Shown here in pieces: positions 1 to 9,773 of a stretch of DNA of 64,000 nucleotides. Location: the NCBI GenBank assembly GCA_963719515.1, contig CAVRCJ010000001.1, forward strand, positions 160,001-224,000. Reading direction: 5' to 3'. Origin of the DNA: an uncultured cyanobacterium (GTDB lineage: Bacteria > Cyanobacteriota > Cyanobacteriia > CAKZMO01). A program made the position numbers and the translations under genes. Each line of letters opens with the position of its first letter. Positions within the stretch are counted from its first letter, which is position 1. The notes below the pieces were generated by a model, which was given only the letters and a program-made list of their open reading frames with translations, had not been told where the DNA came from and did no database searches.

Positions 1-942
1 TAAACGCATTACCACAATCGCGCCGCCTGCCCCAATGGCTTCCGCCAGGGTGCTCACCAGCCGGTAAAGGGCGATCGCCCCCAGAAGTACGGCCGCCGGC
101 AGCACCGGCTCCAGCAGCGCCAGCGCCGTCGCCTCAAAGACACCGATGCCTCCGGGCGCTCCGGGGACCACCAGCCCCAGCATCCAGGCCAGGCTAAAGC
201 CACTCAGCAGCAGCGGGACATCCCCTAGGGCGACGGGGGTGAGGGCGCGCACCGCCACCAAGAAACCTGCCCCGCGCAGCAGCAGAAAGCCCAGCTCTCC
301 GAGCAAGGGCCGCAGAGGGTAGCGGGCGAGCAGGATGTCTTTGGCTGGGTCGTCTTGAGGCAGATTATCTTTAGAAGCCTCAAAAGCCCCCTCCTGACCC
401 GCCTTACCCTCTAGAGACTTTCCCTTTGACCGCGCTAGTCGCCCCAGCAGCGGGTTGAGCAGTCGGGGGTGCACCGCTCCTAGCCCCACCCCTAGCCCCA
501 GCCACTGTAGCCCCCCGAAAGGACTGCCCACCAGCCCCACCGTCAAGGCGGCGATCGCCATCAGCAGCGCCTCCAGCACTACGCTCACCACCGCAACCAT
601 GACCGCAATGTTGGCCGCCTTAGCGGCCATAACCCGCCCGTAAAAGTGCCAGACGTTTCCCGGCAGGTACTTGGCGATGTTAGTTCTCAGGTAAACCAGC
701 GTGCTCCAGCGGGCAGAGACGGGGTGCCCCAGCGATCGCAAAATCCAGCCCCACACCCAGCCTGTCCAGATATGGGCCAGTAGGGTCACCCCCAAGGCCA
801 GCAGTAAGCGCAGCCACCCCGCTGCATCTAGCCGCAGCGCAGCCACCTCTCGCCAGTGGTCTTTAGCGGCCTGGGCCAGGAAGAATAGCGTCCCCCCCAG
901 AATAAACCAGCGCAGCAGAGGCTTCAGGCGACGTATTAGCAC
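1..942 (-). CDS. Lysylphosphatidylglycerol synthase-like / UPF0104 membrane protein (runs off the window start)
   Basis: Manual translation from GTG at 942 gives MLIRRLKPLLRWFILGGTLFFLAQAAKDHW...YLRTNIAKYLPGNVWHFYGR...PGAPGGIGVFEA. Multiple hydrophobic segments. Absent from the ORF track because it has no stop in the window. Confidence 0.8.
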   Translation of the reverse strand, partial: MLIRRLKPLLRWFILGGTLFFLAQAAKDHWREVAALRLDAAGWLRLLLALGVTLLAHIWTGWVWGWILRSLGHPVSARWSTLVYLRTNIAKYLPGNVWHFYGRVMAAKAANIAVMVAVVSVVLEALLMAIAALTVGLVGSPFGGLQWLGLGVGLGAVHPRLLNPLLGRLARSKGKSLEGKAGQEGAFEASKDNLPQDDPAKDILLARYPLRPLLGELGFLLLRGAGFLVAVRALTPVALGDVPLLLSGFSLAWMLGLVVPGAPGGIGVFEATALALLEPVLPAAVLLGAIALYRLVSTLAEAIGAGGAIVVMRL

Positions 943-1685
943 TGAAAGGGGACTCCCTGGGGCCGATAGCTCTGCGTCACGCGGCCTGCCCCCCGCAGCT
1001 GCCGGTAGTAGGCCTGGCTGACGGCGTCTCCGGCGGCTGAGAGCAGATCGATGGCAATGCCGTTGCGCCCTCGCTTCCCCGAACTGTGGAGGTAGCGATC
1101 GCCCCCAAGGGAGAGGGCCACATGACTAATGCGCTCAGCGCCCTCGGCGCTAAAAAAGATCAGATCCCCCCGTTGGAGCGTCTCAATCGCGATCGCCTGG
1201 GTAAAGGCGCTCTGCTGGTAAGCATCGCGGGGGAGCCACACCCCCACCGAGGCAAACGCCGCCTGCATCAGGCCCGAGCAGTCGTAGTCGGGGCCGAGGG
1301 TGCCGCCCCATAGATAGGTATTGGGCCGGGCCAAAGCTGCCTTAGCAAAGCCGATGACCTGGGGGAGTCGCTCGCTAATCTGTTGGCGGGACGCGTGGAC
1401 GGTCTGATAGGGCTGGTTTGCGAGCTGCAGCTGGCGCTGGTCGGCGGCGGCAATCCAGCCGGGGTAGTCGTCTTCGCACAGCAGCACCTCAATCGCGCCT
1501 TGGGGGCTACCGGCACCGCCCCGCTCGCGTCCTTTGGGGGGGCGATCGCCTGGCGGTGATAAGATACGCAGTTGGCGGCCCTCTTGAGCTTGAGTCGCTA
1601 ACTCCGCTAACTCAGGCGAACTATAGAGATTTAGCGGGGTTCGACAGGTGTATTGAGGGTCTTCAGATGTCGTCGGAGATGCCAT
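936..1685 (-). CDS. NlpC/P60 (C40) peptidoglycan peptidase
   Basis: YLWGG-x-DCSGLMQ and LPRDAYQQ motifs, plus ISHVAL and YLHSS. Start placed at ATG 1685 (MASPTT) because the longer ORF overlaps the neighbouring gene. Confidence 0.88.
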   Translation of the reverse strand: MASPTTSEDPQYTCRTPLNLYSSPELAELATQAQEGRQLRILSPPGDRPPKGRERGGAGSPQGAIEVLLCEDDYPGWIAAADQRQLQLANQPYQTVHASRQQISERLPQVIGFAKAALARPNTYLWGGTLGPDYDCSGLMQAAFASVGVWLPRDAYQQSAFTQAIAIETLQRGDLIFFSAEGAERISHVALSLGGDRYLHSSGKRGRNGIAIDLLSAAGDAVSQAYYRQLRGAGRVTQSYRPQGVPFQC

Positions 1686-2618
1686 ATGCCATTTTTCCAT
1701 CGTGATGCGCCCCTTCAAGCACTGGGCGATCGCCTGCTCGACGCCGTTTGGGCCAAGTTCCCTAAGCTGGCAAAAAACCAGATGGCCCTTACCTGGATCA
1801 TCTACGATGACCCCGTTCCTGTAAATACCGGCGGGGCGCTCAACGCCGACGACTTTTGGACGATGGCCATCCGTGGGTTTTCCTATCGTGGGGTTGAGTG
1901 CCTTTACCCCGCTAGCGTGGTAAAGCTGTTTTACCTGGTGGCGGTTCACGAGTGGCTAGAGAACGGCATGATCGCCCTGACGCCAGAGCTAGAGCGAGCC
2001 GTTACCGACATGATTGTCGACTCTAGCAACGATGCCACTGGCCTTGTGGTCGATTGCTTGACGGGCACCACTAGCGGCCCAGAGATCCCCGCTGGCCCCT
2101 TCGAAACCTGGCGGCAGCAGCGCAACCTCGTCAACCGCTACTACCGCTCCCTCGGCTGGGAAGAGCTAGCCACCGTCAACGTCAATCAAAAAACCTGGTG
2201 TGATGGGCCTTACGGACGGGAGCAAGCTTTCCTCGGCCCTGCCTTAGGAAATCGCAACCTGCTGACCACCGACGCGACGGCGCGGCTGCTTCACAGCATT
2301 ATTGGTGGCGTCGCGGTAACGGCCCAGCGATCGCAGCAGATGATGGACCTAATGGCCCGCAGTCTTGACCCTGCAGCTTTAGCACAAAACCCTGAGAACC
2401 AGGTGACGGGGTTCTTAGGTGGGGGGCTGCCCCAAAGCGCCAGGGTTTGGTCCAAGGCCGGCTGGACCAGTCGCGTGCGCCACGACGCGGCCTACGTTGA
2501 GATACCCAATGCGCCACCGTTTTTGCTGGTGGTGTTCACGGAGGGACATAGTCAAAATGAGGAGCTGCTGCCGTTTGTGGCGAGCGAGGTCGTCAACCTG
2601 CTTGGAGCAGCAGACTAG
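1686..2618 (+). CDS. Class A beta-lactamase-like serine hydrolase (cyanobacterial PBP-A type)
   Basis: SxxK (SVVK), SxN (SSN) and KAG motifs. Start ATG 1686 (MPFFHRD). Confidence 0.85.
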   Translation: MPFFHRDAPLQALGDRLLDAVWAKFPKLAKNQMALTWIIYDDPVPVNTGGALNADDFWTMAIRGFSYRGVECLYPASVVKLFYLVAVHEWLENGMIALTPELERAVTDMIVDSSNDATGLVVDCLTGTTSGPEIPAGPFETWRQQRNLVNRYYRSLGWEELATVNVNQKTWCDGPYGREQAFLGPALGNRNLLTTDATARLLHSIIGGVAVTAQRSQQMMDLMARSLDPAALAQNPENQVTGFLGGGLPQSARVWSKAGWTSRVRHDAAYVEIPNAPPFLLVVFTEGHSQNEELLPFVASEVVNLLGAAD

Positions 2619-2755
2619 CCTCCAGTTTGCTGATGATGTCACACCGGGCCTCGCCCCTGCAAAATCTCTTGGGGGCTGCTTCGCTCGCTCGGAAGAATAT
2701 GATAAAGTCTCTTCGGAAGAGAGCCTGTAGTAGGCCGTTAATAGAGGAGCGATTG

Positions 2756-3073
2756 ATGGAAGACCGGCAGCTTTTGGCCCAAACGATGGCTTTTCTACTC
2801 TGCACTACGCCGGAGACAACGCTGGGCAAACTGCTTAACTTTTGCCTTGCCGCCAAGGTAGAGCCTGAAACCGCCAACAAAACGCCGCTCGACTTCGCGC
2901 AAGAGTTGATTGAGCACCCTGAAACCCTCTCGACCTGGATCACTGAGGTGATCGATAGTGACGACAGCTACAGCGTTGAGGAGATGGTCGCGCTCTCAGA
3001 GATGCACCTCAGTGATTCAGAAGTATTCATGCGTCGCCTGCTTGAAGAAACGAGCGCCGTCAAAATTACGTAG
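2756..3073 (+). CDS. Hypothetical protein
   Basis: GAGGAG RBS before ATG 2756. Acidic 105-aa product MEDRQLLAQT... Confidence 0.7.
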   Translation: MEDRQLLAQTMAFLLCTTPETTLGKLLNFCLAAKVEPETANKTPLDFAQELIEHPETLSTWITEVIDSDDSYSVEEMVALSEMHLSDSEVFMRRLLEETSAVKIT

Positions 3074-3075
3074 CG

Positions 3076-3266
3076 ATCGCCAGTGCTGCCACCCAGCTGA
3101 CGGCGCTGACCGAAAGCCTGCTAATGTTGCCCTGCACCGCTCAAGGCAAGCTGCAGCTGCACAACCTGCTTGATCTGGCCAAGCGGTTTATCAGGCGGGG
3201 GGCTTTGGCCTCGGGCTGGCGATCGCCCAAAATATTGCCCGTAATCGCGGCGAGCCTTTAGCCTGA
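3076..3266 (+). pseudogene. Heavily deleted sensor histidine kinase remnant
   Basis: One frame reads IASAATQLTALTESLLML (like the end of HisKA). Another reads QAGGFGLGLAIAQNIA (HATPase G2 box). No start codon, and the intervening domain is missing. Confidence 0.55.
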
Positions 3267-3387
3267 TAGCGCCCGCTATGCAGGAGGCGATCGCTTAGTT
3301 CGTAGCCTATACCTCCTGTTGATTCAAGCGCGGACTTTTCCCTCACAACGGAGAGAGGCCGTGCTTTGCGCTGTCCAGCAGGCTTAG

Positions 3388-3417
3388 AAAAAACCCCCTT
3401 ACCGTTTGGTAAGGGGG
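3388..3417 (-). terminator. Rho-independent terminator of chlP
   Basis: CCCCCTTACC-GTTT-GGTAAGGGGG 10-bp stem followed by a T6 run on the minus strand. Confidence 0.8.
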
Positions 3418-3474
3418 AGCGCATTCAGGGATGAAATCTAATTGGAGGCGTAATGGACCATTAACGGGTGCCCT

Positions 3475-4695
3475 CTAAGGTGCGATCGCATTACCGCGCA
3501 GTAAGCTGCCTACCGTCTTCGCGGTAATTTTGAGCTGCTTGAGCGGGTTCATAGGCACCACCGTCTTATAGAGGTAGCTGTCAAAAGTCGCCTTCTGCAC
3601 GTCGAGGTCGCTGCACATCTCTACAAAGGCCTCGCGGGTAGCGTCTGAGCGGTAGAACACCCGCTGCAGCACGTCGAGCACCAGGTAGGTCATACCGTAC
3701 TCTTTGTCCCACTTTTTGATGTAGGCCTTGAGGTCTGCCTCGCTGGGCATCCGCTGACCAGCGTCGGAGCGCTCCACGATCATCTCGGCGCACATGCGGG
3801 CCGACTTGGCGGCGAAGTAGATGCCCTCACCCGAGGACTTGGTCACCGTACCGGCGGCGTCTCCCACCAGCGCGACGCGGCCCACCACCCGGCGAGGGCG
3901 GGGATGCTCGGGAATGGGGTGCGCTTCTACCTTAATAATTTCGCCGCCCTCTAGCTTGCGGGCCGCCCGCTTGCGCAGACCCACCTGCAGCTGCTTGATG
4001 CTGGCCTGGTTGTTCCGCATGGTGCCAGTGCCGACAGCGACGTGGTCATACTTGGGGAACACCCAGCCGTAGAAGTCGGTAGAGACGTCATCGCCGACGT
4101 ACATTTCCGCTAGGTTTTCGTAGCGGGCCATCTTGTCTTCAGGCAGGCGGATGCGCTCTTGGAAGGCGATCGCGTAGTTATAGTCTCCGGCGTCGATGGC
4201 GCGGGCCACGCGGGAGTTAGCGCCATCTGCGCCGATGACCACATCGGCCTTGAGGGTGCGGATGGCCTCTTCGCCCTTGCCCTGGGAGTGATCGGTGTAG
4301 TGCAGGGTGTAAGGGCCGTCTGTGGTTTGGGGCAGCTCCAGCTTGTGAACGGTGCCGTTGATCAGCTTAGCGCCCGTACGAGCGGCGCGATCGCGCAGGA
4401 AGCCGTCTAGAACCTCGCGGCGACACATGCCGATGTACTCGCCCTCGTTGCGGATGCGGATGTCTGCCACCTGGTTGGAAGGCGAGATCATCTCCATCTT
4501 GGTGACGCGCCGGTCAATAATTTCTGGCGGCAGGTCGAACTCATCGACCATGCACAGCGGAATCGCACCGCCGCAGGGCTTAGCGTTGTCTAGCTTCCGC
4601 TCGAATAGATAGGTCTCGATACCTGCTTTGGCGAGGACTTCAGCAGCAGAGGAGCCTGCTGGCCCTGACCCGACGACAGCAACCCGTAGTACCAA
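3475..4695 (-). CDS. chlP: Geranylgeranyl reductase
   Basis: MVLRVAVVGSGPAG, AKPCGGAIPLCMV and SGEGIYFAAKS are ChlP signatures. Confidence 0.97.
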   Translation of the reverse strand: MVLRVAVVGSGPAGSSAAEVLAKAGIETYLFERKLDNAKPCGGAIPLCMVDEFDLPPEIIDRRVTKMEMISPSNQVADIRIRNEGEYIGMCRREVLDGFLRDRAARTGAKLINGTVHKLELPQTTDGPYTLHYTDHSQGKGEEAIRTLKADVVIGADGANSRVARAIDAGDYNYAIAFQERIRLPEDKMARYENLAEMYVGDDVSTDFYGWVFPKYDHVAVGTGTMRNNQASIKQLQVGLRKRAARKLEGGEIIKVEAHPIPEHPRPRRVVGRVALVGDAAGTVTKSSGEGIYFAAKSARMCAEMIVERSDAGQRMPSEADLKAYIKKWDKEYGMTYLVLDVLQRVFYRSDATREAFVEMCSDLDVQKATFDSYLYKTVVPMNPLKQLKITAKTVGSLLRGNAIAP

Positions 4696-4999
4696 CGCTT
4701 TTCTCCCAAATGCCTAGTGACTTACGGGATGAATCGTATCATAGACGTCTGATGGAGTATGGATTTGGGGCGCTAGATGTATCTGTAATGACATTATCTT
4801 TAACATAACGATACCTTTTGCGGGGCGGCTGCATCACGGCAAATTGGGCATTCCCGCACGTACGGGCGCAGCATGCTGTGCCCCCACCCCGTCCACACCG
4901 ATGGGCGATCGCCCCAATTTGAAACATTCCCTAAATAACTCACTCTCTGAGATGTTCAGCCGATAAAATTGTGATCACCGTTGCTTTGTACTAGCTAAC

Positions 5000-6163
5000 A
5001 TGCCCCTGAAACCGCTGCGCATCCACGAAATTCTTAAGGCAAAGCGCGAAGATTTTACGGTGTTTGATAAAAAAACGCTGGGTTACCTGCAGAAATATCG
5101 AGCAGCGTTGGGCGAAATGACGCAGCAGCCCTTGGAGTCGTTCAAGCCGCCAGAGGACCCTGAGGACTACGGGGCGCTGCCGCTGGGCTCTCTAGAGGAT
5201 AGCGACCACGGGGTGATGGCTGCCAACCTCACCTGGACCAGCCGCGCCCAGAGCCTAGACTGGGTACGCGATCGCCTCACGGGAATTCGCACCTTCGCGG
5301 TGGATGGCTCCCAGATTTATTCCGGTAAAGACCTGTCGATTCCGGTGGCCTTAGTACAAATCGGCTGGTTCGAGAACCCCCACCTGCCCAGCGGCGGCTA
5401 TGAAAAAGACATTGACCTAGACGTGATGACGCCGGGGGATCTGCAGGTGAGCAGCAGCGGCGAACCTGCCGACCGCAAGGTGAACTTTCGCCGCTTTGAA
5501 ATGGAAACCCAGCGGTTGATTCAATATATAGAGGAGCATGCCGATCGCCAAGACTGCCTCGTTTTCTTTGACGGGTCGCTGGTGGGCACCTTTGCCCGCA
5601 TGTTTGACCCTGACCTGCAAAAGGAATATGTGGACTGCTTTGTGGCGCTGCTGCAGGCCAGTCAATCTTGCCGGGTGCCGCTGGTGGGCTATGTCGACAC
5701 GACCTACGCCCGCGACATCACCGTGATGCTCCAGCATCAGTTCAATCTCCCCCCCTGCCGCTCTATCCATGACGCTCAGCTGCTACACAAATATATGAAC
5801 TGGGGCGATCGCACTGCGCTGATGCAGTGCCTGCGATCGGGCATTTTGCGGGACTACGGCGATCAAAGCGATCAGGTGGCGTTTACTTACCTGAAGACCA
5901 CCCGCGAGGGCTACCCGGCGCGGCTGGAAATCCCCCTGTGGGTGCATGAGGCGGGGCTAGTGAACCGGGTGGTGGATTGGGTCCGGGGTGAGGTGATTAT
6001 TGGCGGGGGTTATCCTTACGTTTTGGAGACGGCGGACCAGACGGCGGTGCTGCAGGCGGAGGACCGGCAGGCTTTCTTTCGCATCCTGCAGGAGTGGACG
6101 GAGCAGGAGCACCTGAATCTACGCTTTTCTCGGAAGATGGTGAGTAAGAGCCGGCGGCGGTAA
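5000..6163 (+). CDS. nurA: NurA-family nuclease
   Basis: FAVDGSQ, FFDGSL and GYPYVLETADQ motifs typical of NurA. Confidence 0.85.
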   Translation: MPLKPLRIHEILKAKREDFTVFDKKTLGYLQKYRAALGEMTQQPLESFKPPEDPEDYGALPLGSLEDSDHGVMAANLTWTSRAQSLDWVRDRLTGIRTFAVDGSQIYSGKDLSIPVALVQIGWFENPHLPSGGYEKDIDLDVMTPGDLQVSSSGEPADRKVNFRRFEMETQRLIQYIEEHADRQDCLVFFDGSLVGTFARMFDPDLQKEYVDCFVALLQASQSCRVPLVGYVDTTYARDITVMLQHQFNLPPCRSIHDAQLLHKYMNWGDRTALMQCLRSGILRDYGDQSDQVAFTYLKTTREGYPARLEIPLWVHEAGLVNRVVDWVRGEVIIGGGYPYVLETADQTAVLQAEDRQAFFRILQEWTEQEHLNLRFSRKMVSKSRRR

Positions 6164-8457
6164 TGTGTGTTAGCAATTTGCGGCGTCTCTAATGGCCTCG
6201 GCGATTTTAACGAGCGCGGCGTCTTGCTCGTGCTCCTCAAGGCTATTGAGGGGCTGCTGGGGGGGCTGAGCGGCTTGGTAGTTGGCAATTTCAGTATTGC
6301 TGTAGCCGCTGTGACGAATGGGTATCCAGATAATAGTGAGTCCCTCGCGCTTTGCAGCGTTTAGGAGCGGGGGAAGCTGGTTGTCGGCAATAAAGTCCGA
6401 TGCTAGGAAATCGGGACTAACCAAAAGGATGGCGACTTTTGCCGATGCAATCGCAGTTTCGGTTTCGCTGCGCCATTCAGCACCTGGCTGAATTTGGGTA
6501 TTATCCCATTCTGTAACCGTGCCTCTGCGCACCATAGGTCTGAGGAAGGTATGCAATTTTTCGAACCACACACTGTCTTGACGACTGTAGCTGATGAAGA
6601 CTTGACTACGATTGGGTCTTGAGATGGTTAGAGTGTCTGCCTTGTCTCTCTCTAGCTCGGACTGGAGTTCTGCCGCAGACGTGCCCATGACATCATCAAT
6701 GAGCGATCGCACATCCACCATTTCGTAGCTCTTGTCACACTCAACCTTGTACCGCTTATCCGATAAGCGCCGCTGCAGTTTATCAAGCTGATACACATGG
6801 GGATCTTGAGTACCGCTACAGATAAAGCAGTTGCAGGGTACGAGGGTTTCATACTGTAACCGTTCGTAAGAGCTGTGGATTTTATCGAACTCGTGGGTAA
6901 TTATAGCAAGCAGCTCCTTTTTGCGCTGTCCGGACACGCGGATGCGCATCTTGCGCTGGCTATAGTGCTCAATGACCTCGGAGCAAGCATCATCTTTGAC
7001 GAGAACGACGCCGCTCTTCCACACGAAACGCTGCTCCTTAATCCAGGGATTCATCTCAACGATAAACCTAGTAAGAAGACCTTTAGGCATAAATTCATAC
7101 TCGTAGCGCAAGATGAGATTATGTGTGTTGTCCCAATCGTATTCTGGCTGCTCAATCGAGAGCAAGTTGGGCGCAATGTATGTGCCGGAGCGAGTAGGGA
7201 TCTCGTAGCAAAGCTTGAATCGCATCATCAAATGCAGTAGCTCGTCGCGTACATCTTCATACTGATTATCGTTCCAGATTGCATCGAGCTGAGAGCGGAT
7301 AAAGCACCCTTGATTATTAAAGACTTCTCTATTGTATAAGACTTTATAGACAGCTGCTGTTCCCCATTCAGGTTTGAGGATAATGGTTTTTCTTAATAGT
7401 GGCTCATCTTGAAAGTGAAGATAAACTCCTAAGTCATGAAGATAATCGCTGAGCTGAAGTTGGTCGTCTCGCCGCTCAAAGCCGTTAGCCTCACAAATTC
7501 TGAAGTATTCGTCTATGGAAATATAGTTGCGATCGTCTGATTCAAGGGATCGCCGTACGTCTACCCACTTCTTAGGTAGGGGGTTTCCTACATGATGTAA
7601 CTGACCAGCCTGAGACTTAATACTCTTTAGGATATCTTTCAAGCCTCGATTGGTCGCTAAATTAGTTGGCAAGATACCTCTCAAGTTCAGAAATTCGCCT
7701 CGAAGAGCTCGTTCATTAACCTGACAAGTACGCTCCTGCTTTTCATTTTTAACAATCAAGACAGGGCTGCTGTCACTCAATAGTTCTACAATACTGAGCC
7801 AATAATGAAGATCGGTATTCTCTTGACGAGTATCAACTACGACGAGATAGAGCGATCGCTTAGTGAGAAAAAATTGATGGGTAGAGTGATAGATTTCCTG
7901 CCCGCCGAAGTCCCAAATGTTGAGCCTGAAAGTTGTGCCATCTGAAAGGAAAAAGCTCCAGTTAATCACGTCAATGCCATCAGTAGATGGCTCTTGAGGA
8001 TCCAACGCGTAGGTGTTGTTCTCAATTTTATTCGCAAGAGTTGTTTTACCTACCCCGCCTTCCCCGAGGATTAAAAGTTTGGCTTCATAAAGATAGTCTC
8101 GTCCCTGCTCCAACTGTTGGCGAAAATAGTCTATGATCGCCGCTGTGCCTTTGCAAACAATTTCAGGAGGTGGATCTACGAGAGTTTTATTGTAAACAAG
8201 ATTAAGTGATTTTAGCCCCTCGAGATGACCAATTTCAACTGGCAGACTTGCAAGCTTATTAAGGGTGAGGTCGAGCAGCCGTAGACTCTCAAGCTGACCA
8301 ATTTCCGGTGGTAGGCTTGTAAATTGACTGTTGCGCAGATCAAGCGATTCAAGTCTACTAAGTTGACCAATTTCGGCTGGCAGGTTAGTGAGTTGACTGT
8401 TGCAAAGATCGAGTGATTGAAGTTTGGTAAGGCAGCCAATCTCGGCTGGCAGCTTGG

Positions 8458-9773
8458 CTTAGTGGTGCAGAAATCTCATAGGAGGCTTAAGCGGACTCAT
8501 CATGAGAAGACGACCACCCTTGAGAACTCAATTTGGCAGTCTAAAGCGGCTCGCTTGCGCTTCGAGGCACAGGCTTTAGGTGGACTTTTGGGTGGTAGGG
8601 CAATCAGCGTTGGCAGTAGCACTCGCCTGTAGCAGCACCGTCCTATATTTCTCAGACCAAGCTGCAGAAAACTCAGTCCCCTATCGCCATGCCAGTCGAG
8701 CTTTGAGCGTTGACCGCTCTGAACAAGGATCATGCCAACAATTAGCGCAATCAGATAGGCCGTGTCCAACAGCATGAATAGACACGTCAGGGCTTGAGCA
8801 TCCCTTAGACCGGAGGCGAGGACATTGAAGGCCGCCGACTTGTAGTCTTTGAAGTGCGGCTCTATGCCGCCAAAGCGCTTGCCGTAGAGCGCGAAGGTTT
8901 GCAGGGAGGGGGGCGTGCTTGATAGAACCGCCCAGGGCTCGCTGGCGTTGGGAAGGTGGCCTGTGACGAGGTGCGCCTCAATGTCCTCTAAGACAGTGAC
9001 ATTGTGTAATAGATAAGCTTGCTGCTCTGGGGGGAATAGATATTGCACCGAACGAGTCGCTCCAGTAGCAAGGCGGACCTGCATGTCACACTTGACCCGA
9101 ACCGCCCACTGCCACTGGCACTCCTCGAGCCAGACCAGCAGTTCTCTGTGGGCAAAGCCTCGGTCAGCCAACAGCGTCACCCCGCAACCGGAGGGCACCA
9201 GCGCTTTGGCTGCCTCAAGAACGTGTTTGTAGTCCTTGAAGGCGACACTAGCACTCTTGTGCTCTAGCACCACCTGAGCCAAGGCAAACGAGCGCCCACC
9301 CCACACCAGACAGACTTCCACCAAACAGAACTGCTCCCACAGCATGCTGGTGTCTAAAGTTAGGGTAATCTCGCTGCCGTCAAATGCTTGCAGAGCATGG
9401 CGTAGGAGCGGTACGTAGAAGCGCTCAGCGCTGATGTGCTGGTTGTGAACCAAGTAGCTTAGGCGCTCCATGTGTGCTCTAGCCTCGCAGTTTCGATGGC
9501 TCAGGTAGGTGACCCATTTCCCCAGACAGGCGCTTTGAGATTGCAGGATAGCAGCGACTGCTTCTGCAACGCCTTGCAGGTGACGCTCGTCTTTTGGGTT
9601 GACCCATTGACGTAGTTGGTCCATCAGCTGACGATAAAGCAGGGGTGTTTCCATTGATTTAGCTTTGAGTTGGGGAACTTAAGCTTCTCATGGAACACCC
9701 CTACCGTTAACCCCTGTCCTAGGCTGAGACTTTATGTATACCAATACTTTCAGGACTTCCCTGCACCACTAAG
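8458..9773 (-). mobile_element. IS4-family insertion sequence, 1316 bp
   Basis: 13-bp terminal IR CTTAGTGGTGCAG (8458-8470 and 9761-9773). 10-bp TSD GGCAGCTTGG at 8448-8457 and 9774-9783. Confidence 0.93.
8500..9654 (-). CDS. IS4-family DDE transposase
   Basis: LTLDTS, LLADRGF and YGKRFGGIEPHFKDYK (YREK-like) motifs. ORF intact. Confidence 0.9.
   Translation of the reverse strand: METPLLYRQLMDQLRQWVNPKDERHLQGVAEAVAAILQSQSACLGKWVTYLSHRNCEARAHMERLSYLVHNQHISAERFYVPLLRHALQAFDGSEITLTLDTSMLWEQFCLVEVCLVWGGRSFALAQVVLEHKSASVAFKDYKHVLEAAKALVPSGCGVTLLADRGFAHRELLVWLEECQWQWAVRVKCDMQVRLATGATRSVQYLFPPEQQAYLLHNVTVLEDIEAHLVTGHLPNASEPWAVLSSTPPSLQTFALYGKRFGGIEPHFKDYKSAAFNVLASGLRDAQALTCLFMLLDTAYLIALIVGMILVQSGQRSKLDWHGDRGLSFLQLGLRNIGRCCYRRVLLPTLIALPPKSPPKACASKRKRAALDCQIEFSRVVVFS

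Noticed and set aside
1686..1949. N-terminal extension of the NlpC/P60 ORF
   Set aside because: It overlaps the hydrolase coding sequence on the opposite strand, and ATG 1685 is the more plausible start.
8212..8439. 75-aa ORF suggesting a frameshift in the Roco gene
   Set aside because: Wrong frame. The LRR frame runs uninterrupted from 8457 into the 6170-8113 ORF.
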